A program made the translations under genes and the position numbers. Under the pieces are notes generated by a model that did not search any database, was not told the DNA's origin, and saw only the letters and a program-made list of their open reading frames with translations. From positions 1 to 30,295 of the forward strand of contig NW_021832899.1 in assembly GCF_006345805.1 (NCBI RefSeq): a stretch of DNA of 30,295 nucleotides, given 5' to 3'. Shown piece by piece: positions 1 to 11,182 of this stretch; position 1 is the first letter of the stretch; every line of letters starts with the position of its first letter. This DNA comes from Octopus sinensis (Eukaryota).

Positions 1-270
1 TCAGTAAACTCACTCGAGAGCACTTCCCTCTCCCCACCCAGTTTCCTTTTCAAGTGAAACTTGAAGACGTCCATGAGAGCTCTAACAAAGAAGAAAGTAT
101 CTGACCTCTTGCCTTTCAGCCTTGTCCAACAAACAATCTCTATCGCCACAGCTACCAGGTAAAGGAAAACTGCCTTGCCTGGCCAATTGAAGGAGGGCGG
201 CGGTGCGATCATCACTACAGACTCGGCCGACAGACTGATCCGTCCTACACGTGACAGCGGCTGTTCAACA
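1..270 (-). mobile_element. Tx1/L1-clade LINE, C-terminal end of ORF2 (5'-truncated fragment, runs off the window start)
   Basis: Stop-free minus frame YVEQPLSRVGRISLSAESVVMIAPPPSFNWPGKAVFLYLVAVAIEIVCWTRLKGKRSDTFFFVRALMDVFKFHLKRKLGGEREVLSSEFT. It resembles the post-RT C-terminal region of Tx1-type ORF2 (recognised from memory, not searched). Confidence 0.65.
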
Positions 271-1440
271 TAATAATGATGATTTATTTGTCACCAGAGC
301 GACTGATGAGGGTGATAATACAAAGACAGACGTAAAATGTGGGGGTTTACATATAATAAAATGATAAAAAATAAGAGGTATACACAGTAAACATTAGAAG
401 AAGTGAAGTATATATAGTATACAGCAACAGGGGGAAAAATTAAGGGGGGAGGGGCTACCTGATACAGGCGGACCACTAGGGATGATCGAGGAACCCTACC
501 GTCCAAGAGCCTTTTGGTGCGAAATCAATGAGGACTTTGCTTTTGCAAGGCCTGAGTCGGAGGAAGAAGGCAGTTGGTAGTAACGGTGGAGTGTTTCGTG
601 CTTTCTCCATCGCGGGGCAAAAGACTTTGAGGTGGTTCGAATTCCCACAAACAGAACACTTCTGCTTTTTTCTTTTTTCTTTTTTTTTAGCCTTCTATAG
701 AATCTGGCATCTGTTCGCATTCCTTGAAACAGAAAAAATCGAGAAAGCAATTTATTTCTTCTGGGGAAACTAGTATCTGAAATTCCACAAGAATTCAAGT
801 CCTGTTGAGCTCTGAGGTGGACTTCACCCCCACAATCTCCCATGCTCCTCCAGAATGGCTAAAACTCTCGGCGTATCACGGTGACCCGGCACGTTCTTGA
901 CTCGAATTCGAGTCAACCTTCTACCCTTGTAATGGGGAATCATTACAAAAGCCCGGGACGTGCAAGTTATAGTAGCCATTCTTCTGGCTTCTTGACCACT
1001 GCTGCATATAGCAGCGACTATCCCATATTGTTTACCTTTCTGTATGTGTAGCACTGAGGGCCACACATCTTCGATGCATTTTCTGTCTCTGCCGGAGTAG
1101 GAAATTGAAGTTTCCTCTCCTTGCGGGAAACACATTAATAAACAATTGTTCGTCTTTCAGAGGTCATTTTCTCCTCCTCACCAAGACACGTAACATCTGG
1201 TTTCATAATGTCGCTCTTGTATTTCAGTGCCTTGTTTTTTAAGTCACCCACTGAAGAAATAGTCCAGTTGCTAACGGCTTTAGAAAAGGAACTAGCTCTA
1301 CTGAGGTTCATTGTGTTACTATTGCTGCTGCTGCTGTTGTTGTTGTTGATGTTGATGTCATTGTCGTTGTTGTTATTTTTCACACAGTTATCAATCTTGT
1401 TCATGTTACTTTTCTTGTTTTCGATTGTGTTCATCTTGTT
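271..1440 (-). mobile_element. Decayed Tx1/L1-like element: frameshifted ORF1 (gag-like, CCHC knuckle) followed by a 3'UTR-like segment, polyA signal and short tail
   Basis: Minus-strand ORF1 pieces: MNLSRASS...ERRTIVY from the ATG at 1311, then FPQGEET...RRLTRIRVKNVPGH...LAILEEHG (824-1135). Zinc knuckle CSVCGNSNHLKVFC (Cx2Cx4Hx4C) at 658-617. AATAAA at 288-283, followed by a TCATCATTATTA tail ending at 271. Confidence 0.7.
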
Positions 1441-1444
1441 GCCG

Positions 1445-1595
1445 ATATTCTTCTCTACTCAAGGCACAAGGCCCGAAAATTTGGCGGAGAGAGCCAGTCG
1501 ATTAGATCGACCCCAGTACGCAACTGGTGCTTCATTTATCGACCCAGAAAGGATGAAAGGCAAAGTCGACCTCGGCGGAATTTCAACTCAGAACG
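1445..1595 (-). mobile_element. SINE family B (tRNA head plus GCCTTTCATCCTTTCGGGGTCGATAAA central domain), 5'-truncated, tail type B2
   Basis: Reverse complement matches the many other copies in the window, e.g. 24081-24283. The central domain resembles the Meta/MESC-type SINE domain (from memory). Confidence 0.85.
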
Positions 1596-1602
1596 GAGCA
1601 AC

Positions 1603-1774
1603 GGGTGAAATACCTTATTTACATTTGAAGGATATTTGTCCTCATCTTGTTTCTTGTCATATCTCCTCCATCCTTCATCAGGTATCTTGGGAAAATTTCA
1701 GACCTGTGTTCCGTCAAATGTAAATAATGTACATAATTCCTCATCTCTTAAATATAAAACTGGGTGAAATACCT
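1603..1774. repeat. Short unclassified insert bounded by the direct repeat GGGTGAAATACCT, possibly a decayed PLE terminal fragment
   Basis: GGGTGAAATACCT at 1603-1615 and 1762-1774. The minus strand carries CTGATGA at 1681-1675. Confidence 0.35.
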
Positions 1775-2004
1775 ATTTCTTTACTACCCAGAAGGGGCTA
1801 AACACAGAGAGAACAAACAAGGACAGGCAAACGGATTAAGTCGATTATATAGACCCCAGTGCGTAACTGGTACTTATTTTATCGACTCCGAAAGGATGAA
1901 AGGCAAAGTCGACCTCGGTGGAATTTGAACTCAGAACGTAACAGCAGACGAAATACGGCTACGCATTTCGCCCGGCGTGCTAACGTTTCTGCCAGCTCGC
2001 CGCC
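1774..2004 (-). mobile_element. SINE family B, full length, tail type B1
   Basis: Minus strand starts GGCGGCGAGCTGGCAGAAACGTTAGC, has the B-box-like GAGTTCAAATTCC and the central domain, and ends ...TAGCCCCTTCTGGGTAGTAAAGAAATA. Confidence 0.9.
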
Positions 2005-2020
2005 TTAGCAATAATAAGAA

Positions 2021-2370
2021 TAATCCTTTCTACAAGGCCTGAAATTTAGGGGGAGAGGACTATTCGATTACATCGATCCCAGTACGCAACTGGTACTTAA
2101 TGTATCGACCCCGAAAGGATGAAAGGCAAAATCGACCTCGGCGGAATTTTAATTCAGAACGTTAAAGAGGGACGAAATGCCGCTAAGCAAAAGGCCAGTA
2201 ATATGGGGGGAAGGAGTAAGTCGATTACATCGACACCAGTACTCAACTGGTACTTATCGATCCCGAAAGTATGAAAGGTAAAGTCGACCTCGGGGAAATT
2301 TGAACTCAGAACAGAAAGAGCCAGAAAAATTAAGCTAACGGCATACTAACAATTTTGCCGCCTCGCTACC
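2021..2370 (-). mobile_element. Two further tandem family B SINE copies (partial, B2 tail)
   Basis: Two more AAAGTCGACCTCGG...CAGAAC blocks in the same orientation as 1445-2004. Confidence 0.8.
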
Positions 2371-2384
2371 TTCGACGGAACTCC

Positions 2385-2640
2385 ATTAATAATAATAGTA
2401 ATAGTTTTATCGCTGTTGCTGTTGCTTATCACAATGATGATGATACGTTGACGACGACGTTGATAATAATGATGACGATGAAGATGACGATGATGATGAC
2501 AACGATGGTGACAACGACGACGACGACGAGGAGGAGGAGGAGAAGGAGGAGGGGGGGATAGATGAAGATGATGATGATGATGAGGTTGAGGTAGAGAGGG
2601 AGGGGGATAAATTATGATGAAGATGACAACGACGACGACC
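2385..2640. repeat. Mixed trinucleotide microsatellite (AAT/GAT/GAC/GAG)
   Basis: Directly visible low-complexity tract. Confidence 0.9.
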
Positions 2641-2710
2641 ATGCATATTGGCCCCAGGTTTACTGAATCGAGCTCCCCTCCAGCACCAACATTCGAAAGC
2701 TGGAGTATAC

Positions 2711-3093
2711 TCTTTTACTTGTTTCAGTCATTTGACTGCAGCCATGCTGGAGCACCGCCTTTAGTCGAGCAAATCGACCCCAGGACTTATTCTTTGGAAG
2801 CCTAGTACTTATTCTATCGGTCTCTTTTGCCGAACCTCTAAGTTACGGTAATGTAAACACACCAGCATCGGTTGTCAAGCGATGTTGGGGGAACAAACAC
2901 AGACACACAAACATATATATACATATATACGACCGGCTTCATTCAGTTTCCGTCTATCAAATCTACTCACAAGGCTTTGGTCGGCCCGAGCCTATAGTAG
3001 AAGACACTTGCCCAAGGTGCAACGCAGTGGGACTGAACCCGGAACCATGTGGTTCGTTAGCAAGCTATTTACCGCACAGCCACTCGTACGCCT
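2711..3093 (-). mobile_element. SINE family A (tRNA-derived, CORE-like, octopus OR-type), full length
   Basis: Reverse complement of 6763-7165: tRNA-like head with GGTTCAGTCCC B-box, CCTTGGGCAAGTGTCTTCTACTAT CORE-like block, internal TA/CA microsatellite and an ...GAAACAAGTAAAAGA end. Confidence 0.9.
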
Positions 3094-3527
3094 AATAGAG
3101 AACAAGCCTATTGTGAGTCGGGTCCATACAAACCGAAAATCCGAAAACACAACAGCAATCCAGCACCATATGAAATAAATAAATAAATAAATAAATAAAT
3201 AAGAACAACATAAATGAACCAGGAAGTAAAAAATAAAGTGATATGTAATATCAGTACAAATATGGACCGCAACAGCAAATATGTTCAACAACGCAATGAT
3301 AAATGGTGGAAGCAACTAGAGACCCTGGGAGATTAGCAAAGTCTAATTTGGGACTGATTCAATGAATTAGTAAACAGACCAGAATCAACACCTGAATGGT
3401 TAACAGAAAAGGAAAACAATAATAGTGTTTCAGATAGAAAAAAACACACAAAAATGGAACAGAAATTTCCGAATCTATCGGCCTATAACTTGTTTATTTA
3501 CACAGCCCGCACTTTGGATCTGCATAA

Positions 3528-3672
3528 GTATGTATGTATGTATGTATGTATGTATGTATGTATGTATGTATGTATGTATATTATACGTACCTCTCTATCT
3601 AGCTACCTAGCTATATATGCATAGATATTTATATATGTATGTGTGTGTGTGTGTGTATGTATGTATATATAT

Positions 3673-3714
<42 letters not shown>

Positions 3715-3715
3715 T

Positions 3716-3800
<85 letters not shown>
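3528..3800. repeat. (TATG)n, (TG)n and (TAGA)n microsatellites
   Basis: Directly visible. Confidence 0.95.
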
Positions 3801-3914
3801 AACATACTTAGAAGATGATGCTTGGCGTTCAATCATATAACAATATAAATAATATATATAAATATATTCATATATGCATACGTATTTGTACATACTTCTA
3901 TACGTATATAGTTG

Positions 3915-4020
3915 TGTGGAGGCGCAAAGACCCAGTGGTTAGCGTAGCAGACTCGCGATCGTGGGACTGCGGTTTCGATTCCCAGACCGAGTGTTGTGAG
4001 TGTTTATTGAGCGAAAACAC
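3915..4020 (+). mobile_element. SINE family C head (tRNA-derived), 3'-truncated
   Basis: A-box-like GACCCAGTGGTTAG and B-box-like GGTTTCGATTCCC, followed by the non-tRNA sequence GTTGTGAGTGTTTATTGAGCGAAAACAC. Confidence 0.7.
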
Positions 4021-4116
4021 GTAACTGACGGAGTGCCACAAAAAAACATCTATACGTATATATATATATATATATAGAAAGGGGTTTGTATGATTATGTA
4101 TAGAGGGATATATATT

Positions 4117-4446
4117 ATTCCAACTCTGTTTTTACGTTTTATTTATATTCGTTATAATATTAATGTAGAATATAGAATATATAGTATATATAGTAAAATG
4201 AAATGAAGTATTGAATGTCTTATTGAATAGATGAAATATTGAATATCAAATATTAAGGGACTAGTATACTTTCTTGCATTATAGCAGTCTTCAAGGTCCC
4301 AGGTTGTGACAGGAGTGTTCATCTATTCAATTAGACAATCAATACTTCATTTCATTTTCCTATATATATATTATTTATACTATATATTCTATATTCTACA
4401 TTAATATTATAAAGAATATAAATAAAACATAAAAAACAGTTGTAAT
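4117..4446. repeat. Foldback / long inverted repeat (arms ~4117-4235 and ~4318-4446, ~82-bp spacer)
   Basis: TTATAATATTAATGTAGAATATAGAATATATAGTATA...AAAATGAAATGAAGTATTGA...GAATAGATGAA on the left arm is matched by its reverse complement on the right arm. Confidence 0.85.
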
Positions 4447-4457
4447 TTCTTTGAATA

Positions 4458-4585
<128 letters not shown>

Positions 4586-4834
4586 ACATATATATGTGTG
4601 TGAGTATAAATAACGTATATATATGTACATATTACAGGCTGACTACTCACGCCGAATGCAATAACATCGTTCCAGAGAAGCAGAAAGCGTATCGGCAAAA
4701 GATCTATAAGTATTAAAAAACAGCTATTGTTAAACCGGGCATTTGTGGAAGACGGGCAAAAAGCGAGGGATTAATACTTAACATATTCAAGGGTTACTAA
4801 AATATATTTGATAGAGCACCACATTCAATCATTC

Positions 4835-5315
4835 TTTCCAACACTAGGCACAAGGCCCGAAATTTTGGAGGACGGCGCCAGTCGATTAGATCGACCACAG
4901 TACGCAACTGGTACTTAATTTATCGACCCCGAAAGGATAAAATGCAAAGTCGACCTCAGCGGAATACCATATTCTAATATTGTTTTCTACTCTAGATACA
5001 ATTTTTGTAGAGGTGGCCAGTCGATTAGATCGACCCCAGTATGCAACTGGTACTGTTTTTATCGACTCCGAAAAGATGAAGGTCAGAATTAACCTCCACG
5101 GAATGCCACGTTCTAAAATTCTCTTCTACTCTAAGCACAAGGCCTGAAATTTTTGGGAAGGATGCCAGTCGATTAGACTGGTACTTGATTTATCGACCCC
5201 GAAAGGATAAAATGCAAAGTCGACCGCGGCAGAATTTGAACTCAGAACATAAAGACAGACGAAATTCCGCTAAGCATTTTGCGCGGCGTGCTAACGTTTC
5301 TGCCAGCTCGCCGCC
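4835..5315 (-). mobile_element. Three tandem family B SINEs (two 5'-truncated, one full length), B2 tail
   Basis: Repeated CCAGTCGATTAGA...ACTGGTACT...ATCGAC blocks. The last copy ends GCCAGCTCGCCGCC at 5315. Confidence 0.85.
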
Positions 5316-5443
5316 ATACCACATTCTAATATTGAAAACATGCTATATATGTAAAACACGCTTAGTACTCAGATAGTACAAGAACCATGCTTTGTGAAAA
5401 TGGTAAACATGGTCATGATACCGGGATAAATGTATTGTGAATA

Positions 5444-5517
5444 CTGCCGCGGTCCAGAGGTTGGCATGTCGGGATTAATATCATGAGGTTTTTGAGTTCG
5501 ATTCCTGGAACCGAGAG
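5444..5517 (+). pseudogene. Degenerate tRNA-like sequence or SINE head
   Basis: A-box-like GCGGTCCAGAGG and B-box GAGTTCGATTCC at tRNA-like spacing. I could not build a convincing cloverleaf. Confidence 0.4.
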
Positions 5518-5670
5518 ACATGTTTTTTCTCTTTGAGCAAAGTGTTTCCTGTAACTTATAATCAAATCTACTCTGCTGGAAAAGCATAAAGTCCTTGTTC
5601 TAGGGACAATGTTCTCTCTCTCTCTCGCTCTTTCTCTCTGTTTTCTCTCACTCTCGCTTCCTCTTCTATC

Positions 5671-5718
<48 letters not shown>

Positions 5719-5751
5719 CCTCCAACTCTCCCATCTTTAATGTTCCACTGA

Positions 5752-5940
5752 GTCAATGCTGCTGCTGTTGTTGTTGTTGTCAATGCTGCTGCTGTTGTTG
5801 TTGTTGTTGATGTTGATGTCATCGTCGTTGTTGTTGCTTTTCACACAGTTATCACTGTTGTTGCTTTCAACCTTGTTCATGTTACTTTTCTTGTTTTCGA
5901 TTGTCTTCATCTTGTTGTTTATATTCTTTTTTACTCTAAG
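5752..5940 (-). repeat. Second copy of the AAC-rich 5' segment of the Tx1-like element at 1320-1460
   Basis: TTGTTCATGTTACTTTTCTTGTTTTCGATTGT(G/C)TTCATCTTGTT and TTTTCACACAGTTATCA occur at both loci. Confidence 0.8.
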
Positions 5941-6258
5941 ATCAATGGATGGGAAGACTGTAATGATCTCTATCTTCTCCCGACTAAATCGATCCCTAAA
6001 CTAAACTGCAAGAGCATGGTACAGTTATGGTGCTTTTAATTGTACTAAAAAATCGGATAAATCACCATTCTTTGCAAAGAGGAGTTAAGTCCCATTCTAG
6101 CAACGAGTAAGTTTTTGTTAAGACTTTTGTTGCTTTTTTCCATCGAGGAAAAATGTGATTTGTTGATATACGAGCAACACACACACGAACATGTATGCGT
6201 ACAAAAGACATGTATGCAATAGGTGTACGTAGTACGTGCGTGTATGTGTGTGTTGCCC

Positions 6259-6311
<53 letters not shown>

Positions 6312-6762
6312 AACCAATTTCAATGGATTTCGCCCAAATTTGACGTCGATGGTACTTAGTTTTGTTTGAAATAAAGAACTTGATTAGCTTAATAATACTA
6401 ACTTAATCCTGGGCAAAGCCGGGTTATACTGCTATTAATGCATACACTTACTCATAATCAACTGTCAAATGTATAACACATCCTACACACAATATCAACA
6501 ACACGCACAAATGATAGTTTCACAGTCGCCAAAAAATGATATGATACCACATACACAGTAGTTCTTTACACCAGTAGTACTCAACCGTCTTTTACCTATG
6601 TACTCCTTTCATTCCTATTTTAGTCAGGGCTGAGATCCTCATATCCATTCGATATCTACAGACTTCAATTATATTTTCATGACTAGATATTATTAGGAAT
6701 GGTATAAAACATGTTTAAATATTTTGTGCCTTGTAGAAGTATCACAGATCTATTGCAAATAT

Positions 6763-7165
6763 AGGCGCAGGAGTGGCTGTGTGGTAAGTAGCTTGCTAAC
6801 GAACCACATGGTTCCGGGTTCAGTCCCACTGCGTGGCAACTTGGGCAAGTGTCTTCTACTATAGCCTCGGATCGACCAAAGCCTTGTGAGTGGATTTGGT
6901 AGACGGAAACTGAAAGAAGCCCGTCGTATATATGTAAATATATATGTATGTGCGTGTATATGTTTGTGTGTCTGTGTTTGTCACCCCAACATAGCTTGAC
7001 AACCGGTGCTGGTCTGTTTACGTCCCCGTAACATTAGCGGTTCGGCAAAAGTGACCGATAGAATAAGTACTAGGCTTGCAAAGAATAAGTCCTGGGGTCG
7101 ATTTGCTCGCGTAAAGGCGGTGTTCCAGCATGGCCGCAGTTAAATGACTGACACAAGTAAAAGAG
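6763..7165 (+). mobile_element. SINE family A, full length
   Basis: AGGCGCAGGAGTGGCTGTGTGGTAAG head, GGTTCAGTCCC B-box, CORE-like block, internal microsatellite and ...ACAAGTAAAAGAG tail. Confidence 0.92.
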
Positions 7166-8909
7166 AAAAAGAGAGAGAAAAAATTTTAATAACAAAATAT
7201 TATATGCCCTGCCACCACCATCCCAAGGATAATATGGCCCCCGGTTTAGAACTACTGTTCAACACAATCATAATCTGACAAGATGGCACTTAACATAAAT
7301 CACACAACAGAAACGAAAGACACAACAAATACCACAGAGCTTGTTATACAAAACAACAAAAAAAAAGAAGTCATAACACTCAACAGTAAAAGGATCAAAA
7401 AAGCAAAACCTGTGTAGGATGCAAACACGATCTTATACTTTCAAAAGTCAATACTACACACGACCTAGGAACATTGCAACTCACCTGGAGATGCATTAGA
7501 GGTTTGCATGAAGCTTTCTGCTATGATAAATGATTTTTTTAGAAAAGAAATTGAAGGCTTATCAGCTATTATCGCCAGAAGAACACAGTTGTAGAAAATG
7601 TATATAGTAAGATTTCCCACGATAGAAGCCAAATATGAAGCCAAAATAGTGATTTGAGAACTGTTAATTAAATAATTAAATAAAGATCGAAAAGAAGAGA
7701 AAGAAAAAATTGAAGAAAAAATAGGAGATAGAACGGAAAGAAAAAGGAAATAAAGAAATAGATCAAAGGAAGAATGTGACGTCTTCTAAGATTGAGGGGG
7801 CATACATCGAAGATTCTGTATACATGCATACACACAAACATACACAGACACTTAAATGCATGTGTGCGTATATATATAACGAACGCATATACACGCACAC
7901 ACACACACATATATACACACACACACACACATACATGTACATAAATACACACATATACGTATGTGTGTGCATGTGCATGCCTATACAGATGCTAACGAGA
8001 GCACTTACCTACATACAGACACAATACATCCTACAAACATAAAATATAAATTTATTCTATGCATGCACAAACGCATAAACTTCATATACTTACATGCGTA
8101 AATATATATATATCCAATGGATATCTTATAAAACTATTCCGCACATACAATAACAACCATACCAACAATCCAACATACTTCCATCATCAGCTGCCCCCCG
8201 GTTATCACTATGGTTTCGTCACCTGAGCAGTACCATTCAATTCGGTGGTGTGAACAGTAATGAAATAAGTGCTGTTTGGGAACAAATATACCTTAGGTAT
8301 CAGCACATTCATTCAATCCTAAACACTAAAATTATTGATTAAACTACAACAAAGAAACACATTTACCCTATGTAAAAAGACAGTATCTTTGGCCCATTGT
8401 TTGCTTCTACAAGCAGAGCAACCACCACTCATCTCGAGTAGGTTATTCTTCCCTCGGCATTTTACAAGCGTTAACTTGTGTCTTCACGGATCCTAAATGT
8501 TCACCTCTTATTCATTCTACCATTTGATCTGCGTTGGAGGTCTGGACCAGACGCGAACATATTCAAGTTAGGTTGTACTTGCTAGTTATTTTTCGTCGCA
8601 GAGGATGCTTCAGTCACCAACAGCTAACTTACACACAAGCCAACCCACTAGTTTTTCGCGATATCACCAGCTGCTTGCGTACCATTTTGACCGATTTTCG
8701 GTCGGACATTCAATATATGGCTAGCTACCGCTATGATCCGCAATGATACAGTTGTGACATCCGCCTGAGCTGACCAAATTTCGCCAACCGATAGAATCAA
8801 TAGAATTCGCCTGCAATACGAGATGAATACTCGGGACGTTCACCGCAGTCTAAAGTCTTCAAAATAACATATCCAATTTTGGTTGCACATGATAATTAAT
8901 ATATATATA

Positions 8910-9315
8910 GTGAGAATTTAAAAAAAAAACAAAATACGAAGACAGGTGTGTAAACAACAAACAGATGTATTAATTTATTTCTCTTTATACTTTCTATATC
9001 CATCATTTTCCAAAATAACTCCTTATATCGAACTCTACTATTTCCCTCTTGTTAACTCTCTCATATCGTCTCTGATGAAGGGATATCCCTAACATACCAG
9101 AAACAGCTGTAAGATTACCTTTCTCTTTATCAATCTCACACGACTTTGGTTTTGTTGTCTCATTTTATTTAACACATACATGCTCACACAAAACCGGCAT
9201 TAGATTCATATTCACTCTTATTATTATCGAACCTGGCGTCTAACTTCGGTCTTCCCGTACCACTTACATAGCATTACCTGCCATCTTGGGTCTTCTGGAT
9301 ACCAATACTTCTCAT
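8910..9315. mobile_element. Penelope-like element terminal-repeat fragments within (TA)n
   Basis: 8910-8973 shares AGAATT...ACAACAAACAGATGTATTA with 26741-26790. 8975-9315 is pyrimidine-rich and holds a minimal hammerhead-like motif. Both ends are in TA runs. Confidence 0.5.
9068..9115 (+). ncRNA. Minimal type I hammerhead-like motif (PLE type)
   Basis: GTCT-CTGATGA-AGGGATATCCCT-AACATACCA-GAAA-CAGCTG-TA-AGAT: intact core, palindromic stem III and GUA site. There is a non-canonical 9-nt insert before GAAA. Confidence 0.5.
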
Positions 9316-9386
9316 ATATATATATATATATATATAATATATATATATATTATATATATATATTATATATATATATATATATATTG

Positions 9387-9966
9387 AGAAATAGGAGGCA
9401 GTTAGAACTTTGAATAGTTCTGACTTTAGACAAAATAAAAACGGTTAAAACAGAACATTTTCTTGTTGATTTATATGAATCAGATGATTTTTGCTTTGTA
9501 TAAAAGAGGAGAAAAATATTTTTGTTTGTTTGAAGAAAAGGTGGAAACAAAACGAAAAGCAAGGAGGGAGAAATAGACAGAATGAGAGAGAGGGAGAGAG
9601 AGAGAGAGATTTCAGGACGATCAAGAAAGAGGAAGAAAAAAAGAGTAAAGGGTGGGGTATAAATAGATAGATAGATAGATAATCTGTCTATCCTTTCCCC
9701 ACCCTTTACTTTTCTTCTTTCTTGATTGTCATGAAACCCCTCTCTGTGTCTATTTCTCTTCCCCACTTTCCCAAAAAGAACAAAAATAATTTTCTCCTCT
9801 TGAATAGTTCTGAAAAAGCAAAAAAAAAAACAAAAAACATCCGATTCATATAAATGAACAAGGAACGTTCTGCCTTGATCGTTTTGATTTTTGTTTTGAC
9901 GAGTTCGATAAATGAACGAAAGCGCTAATAAAGAATTATTCAAAATTCTGACTGCCTCCTTTTTCT
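9387..9966. repeat. Old imperfect palindrome (~580 bp) centred near 9680
   Basis: GGAGGCAGTTAGAACTTTGAATAGTTCT pairs with AGAATTATTCAAAATTCTGACTGCCTCC. TTTATATGAATCAGATG pairs with CATCCGATTCATATAAA. AGTAAAGGGTGGGG pairs with CCCCACCCTTTACT. Confidence 0.85.
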
Positions 9967-10440
9967 GAATGTACAATATCTGTACACCACTTCAAATACT
10001 CTATACATATATCTGGGGGTGGAGGTGGAAGTATGGTTGCTAGAAACCTCGAATATAAAATCCAAAACATAGTCTCAAACTTTATTATGTGAATTGGGAG
10101 TAAATTACACTTGAGAGTGAACGGGCGCAGTGTATGAGTATTCTGCGGTGGTGGAGCTACAGATCCTTACTTTCAAATTGCTCATTTTTCATTCCAGTAT
10201 GCGCCTGTTCCGGGGTCGAATAAACGCGTAAAAACTCAGGGATTCGGTTTTAAGTTTAAAGGTTATCCAAGTAATGGCACTCTTCACCTCTCCAAAACTG
10301 ATTTAAAATCAATTTTTTTCCCAAAAAATAAATGGCGTTACATTTGTGTCAAAATTACATTTTGCGCACAGAATTGTAACTTAAATGAGATTTATATAAT
10401 ACATTTTTTAGATGTGTGTATATGCGAGCGTGTTGGAGAG

Positions 10441-11132
10441 CTACTCTGTGTGTGTGTGTGTGTTTGTGTGTAGAAGTGAGTATGTGTGTGTGTGAGTAGA
10501 AGTGAGCAAGCGTAATATATATATGTATATATATGCAGATATATATGTAGAGTATTTCAGGCCTTTTTTTTTTTGCATTTTATTATTGCGGATTTTCATA
10601 ATTTTTTTCTTTTTCTTTTTTGGGGATTTTTCATGTTTCTTCTTTTTTTTTTTTTTTTTCTTGAATTCCCAGAATTTCGAAGGTCTGCACCATAGATGGC
10701 AATGCCAAAAGGCAGAATACACACATACACAGACACAGACACACACACGCATATACACACACACAAATACACACGTACATGAACCCAAGCACACACACAC
10801 ACAAACATACACACTTATACACACATATACACATACACACACACACACACACATATATATATATCTGTCTATTTCTGTCTGTCTGTCTGTCTCTCTTTCT
10901 CTCTCACTCTCTCTCTGTATATGTATATATATAGTTTTCTTTTTACATATATTTGTGGATGTTTTGTATATATTTGTCCCAAAATATATACTGCTTTACT
11001 TACATGAATAAATAACCTTCCTAGCATTCACCCACCCATCCACACAAAACACACATATGATAGATAATTGCACGTGTATATGTGTGTCTGTATTTGTTTG
11101 TGTGAACGTGTGCCTGTAGGTGTACATATATA

Positions 11133-11182
<50 letters not shown>

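Noticed and set aside
298-335. CTGATGAG at ~303-310, and CTGATGTATGAGCAGAAACG near 13087
   Set aside because: Neither can form stems I-III around a complete core.
3915-3995. Functional tRNA gene
   Set aside because: A and B boxes are present, but the acceptor stem does not close and the sequence continues into SINE body. The same applies to the other SINE heads.
7400-7600. Possible CR1/Jockey RT remnant (DLGTLQLTWRCI...)
   Set aside because: The resemblance is faint, with stops and frameshifts. It cannot be supported without a profile search.
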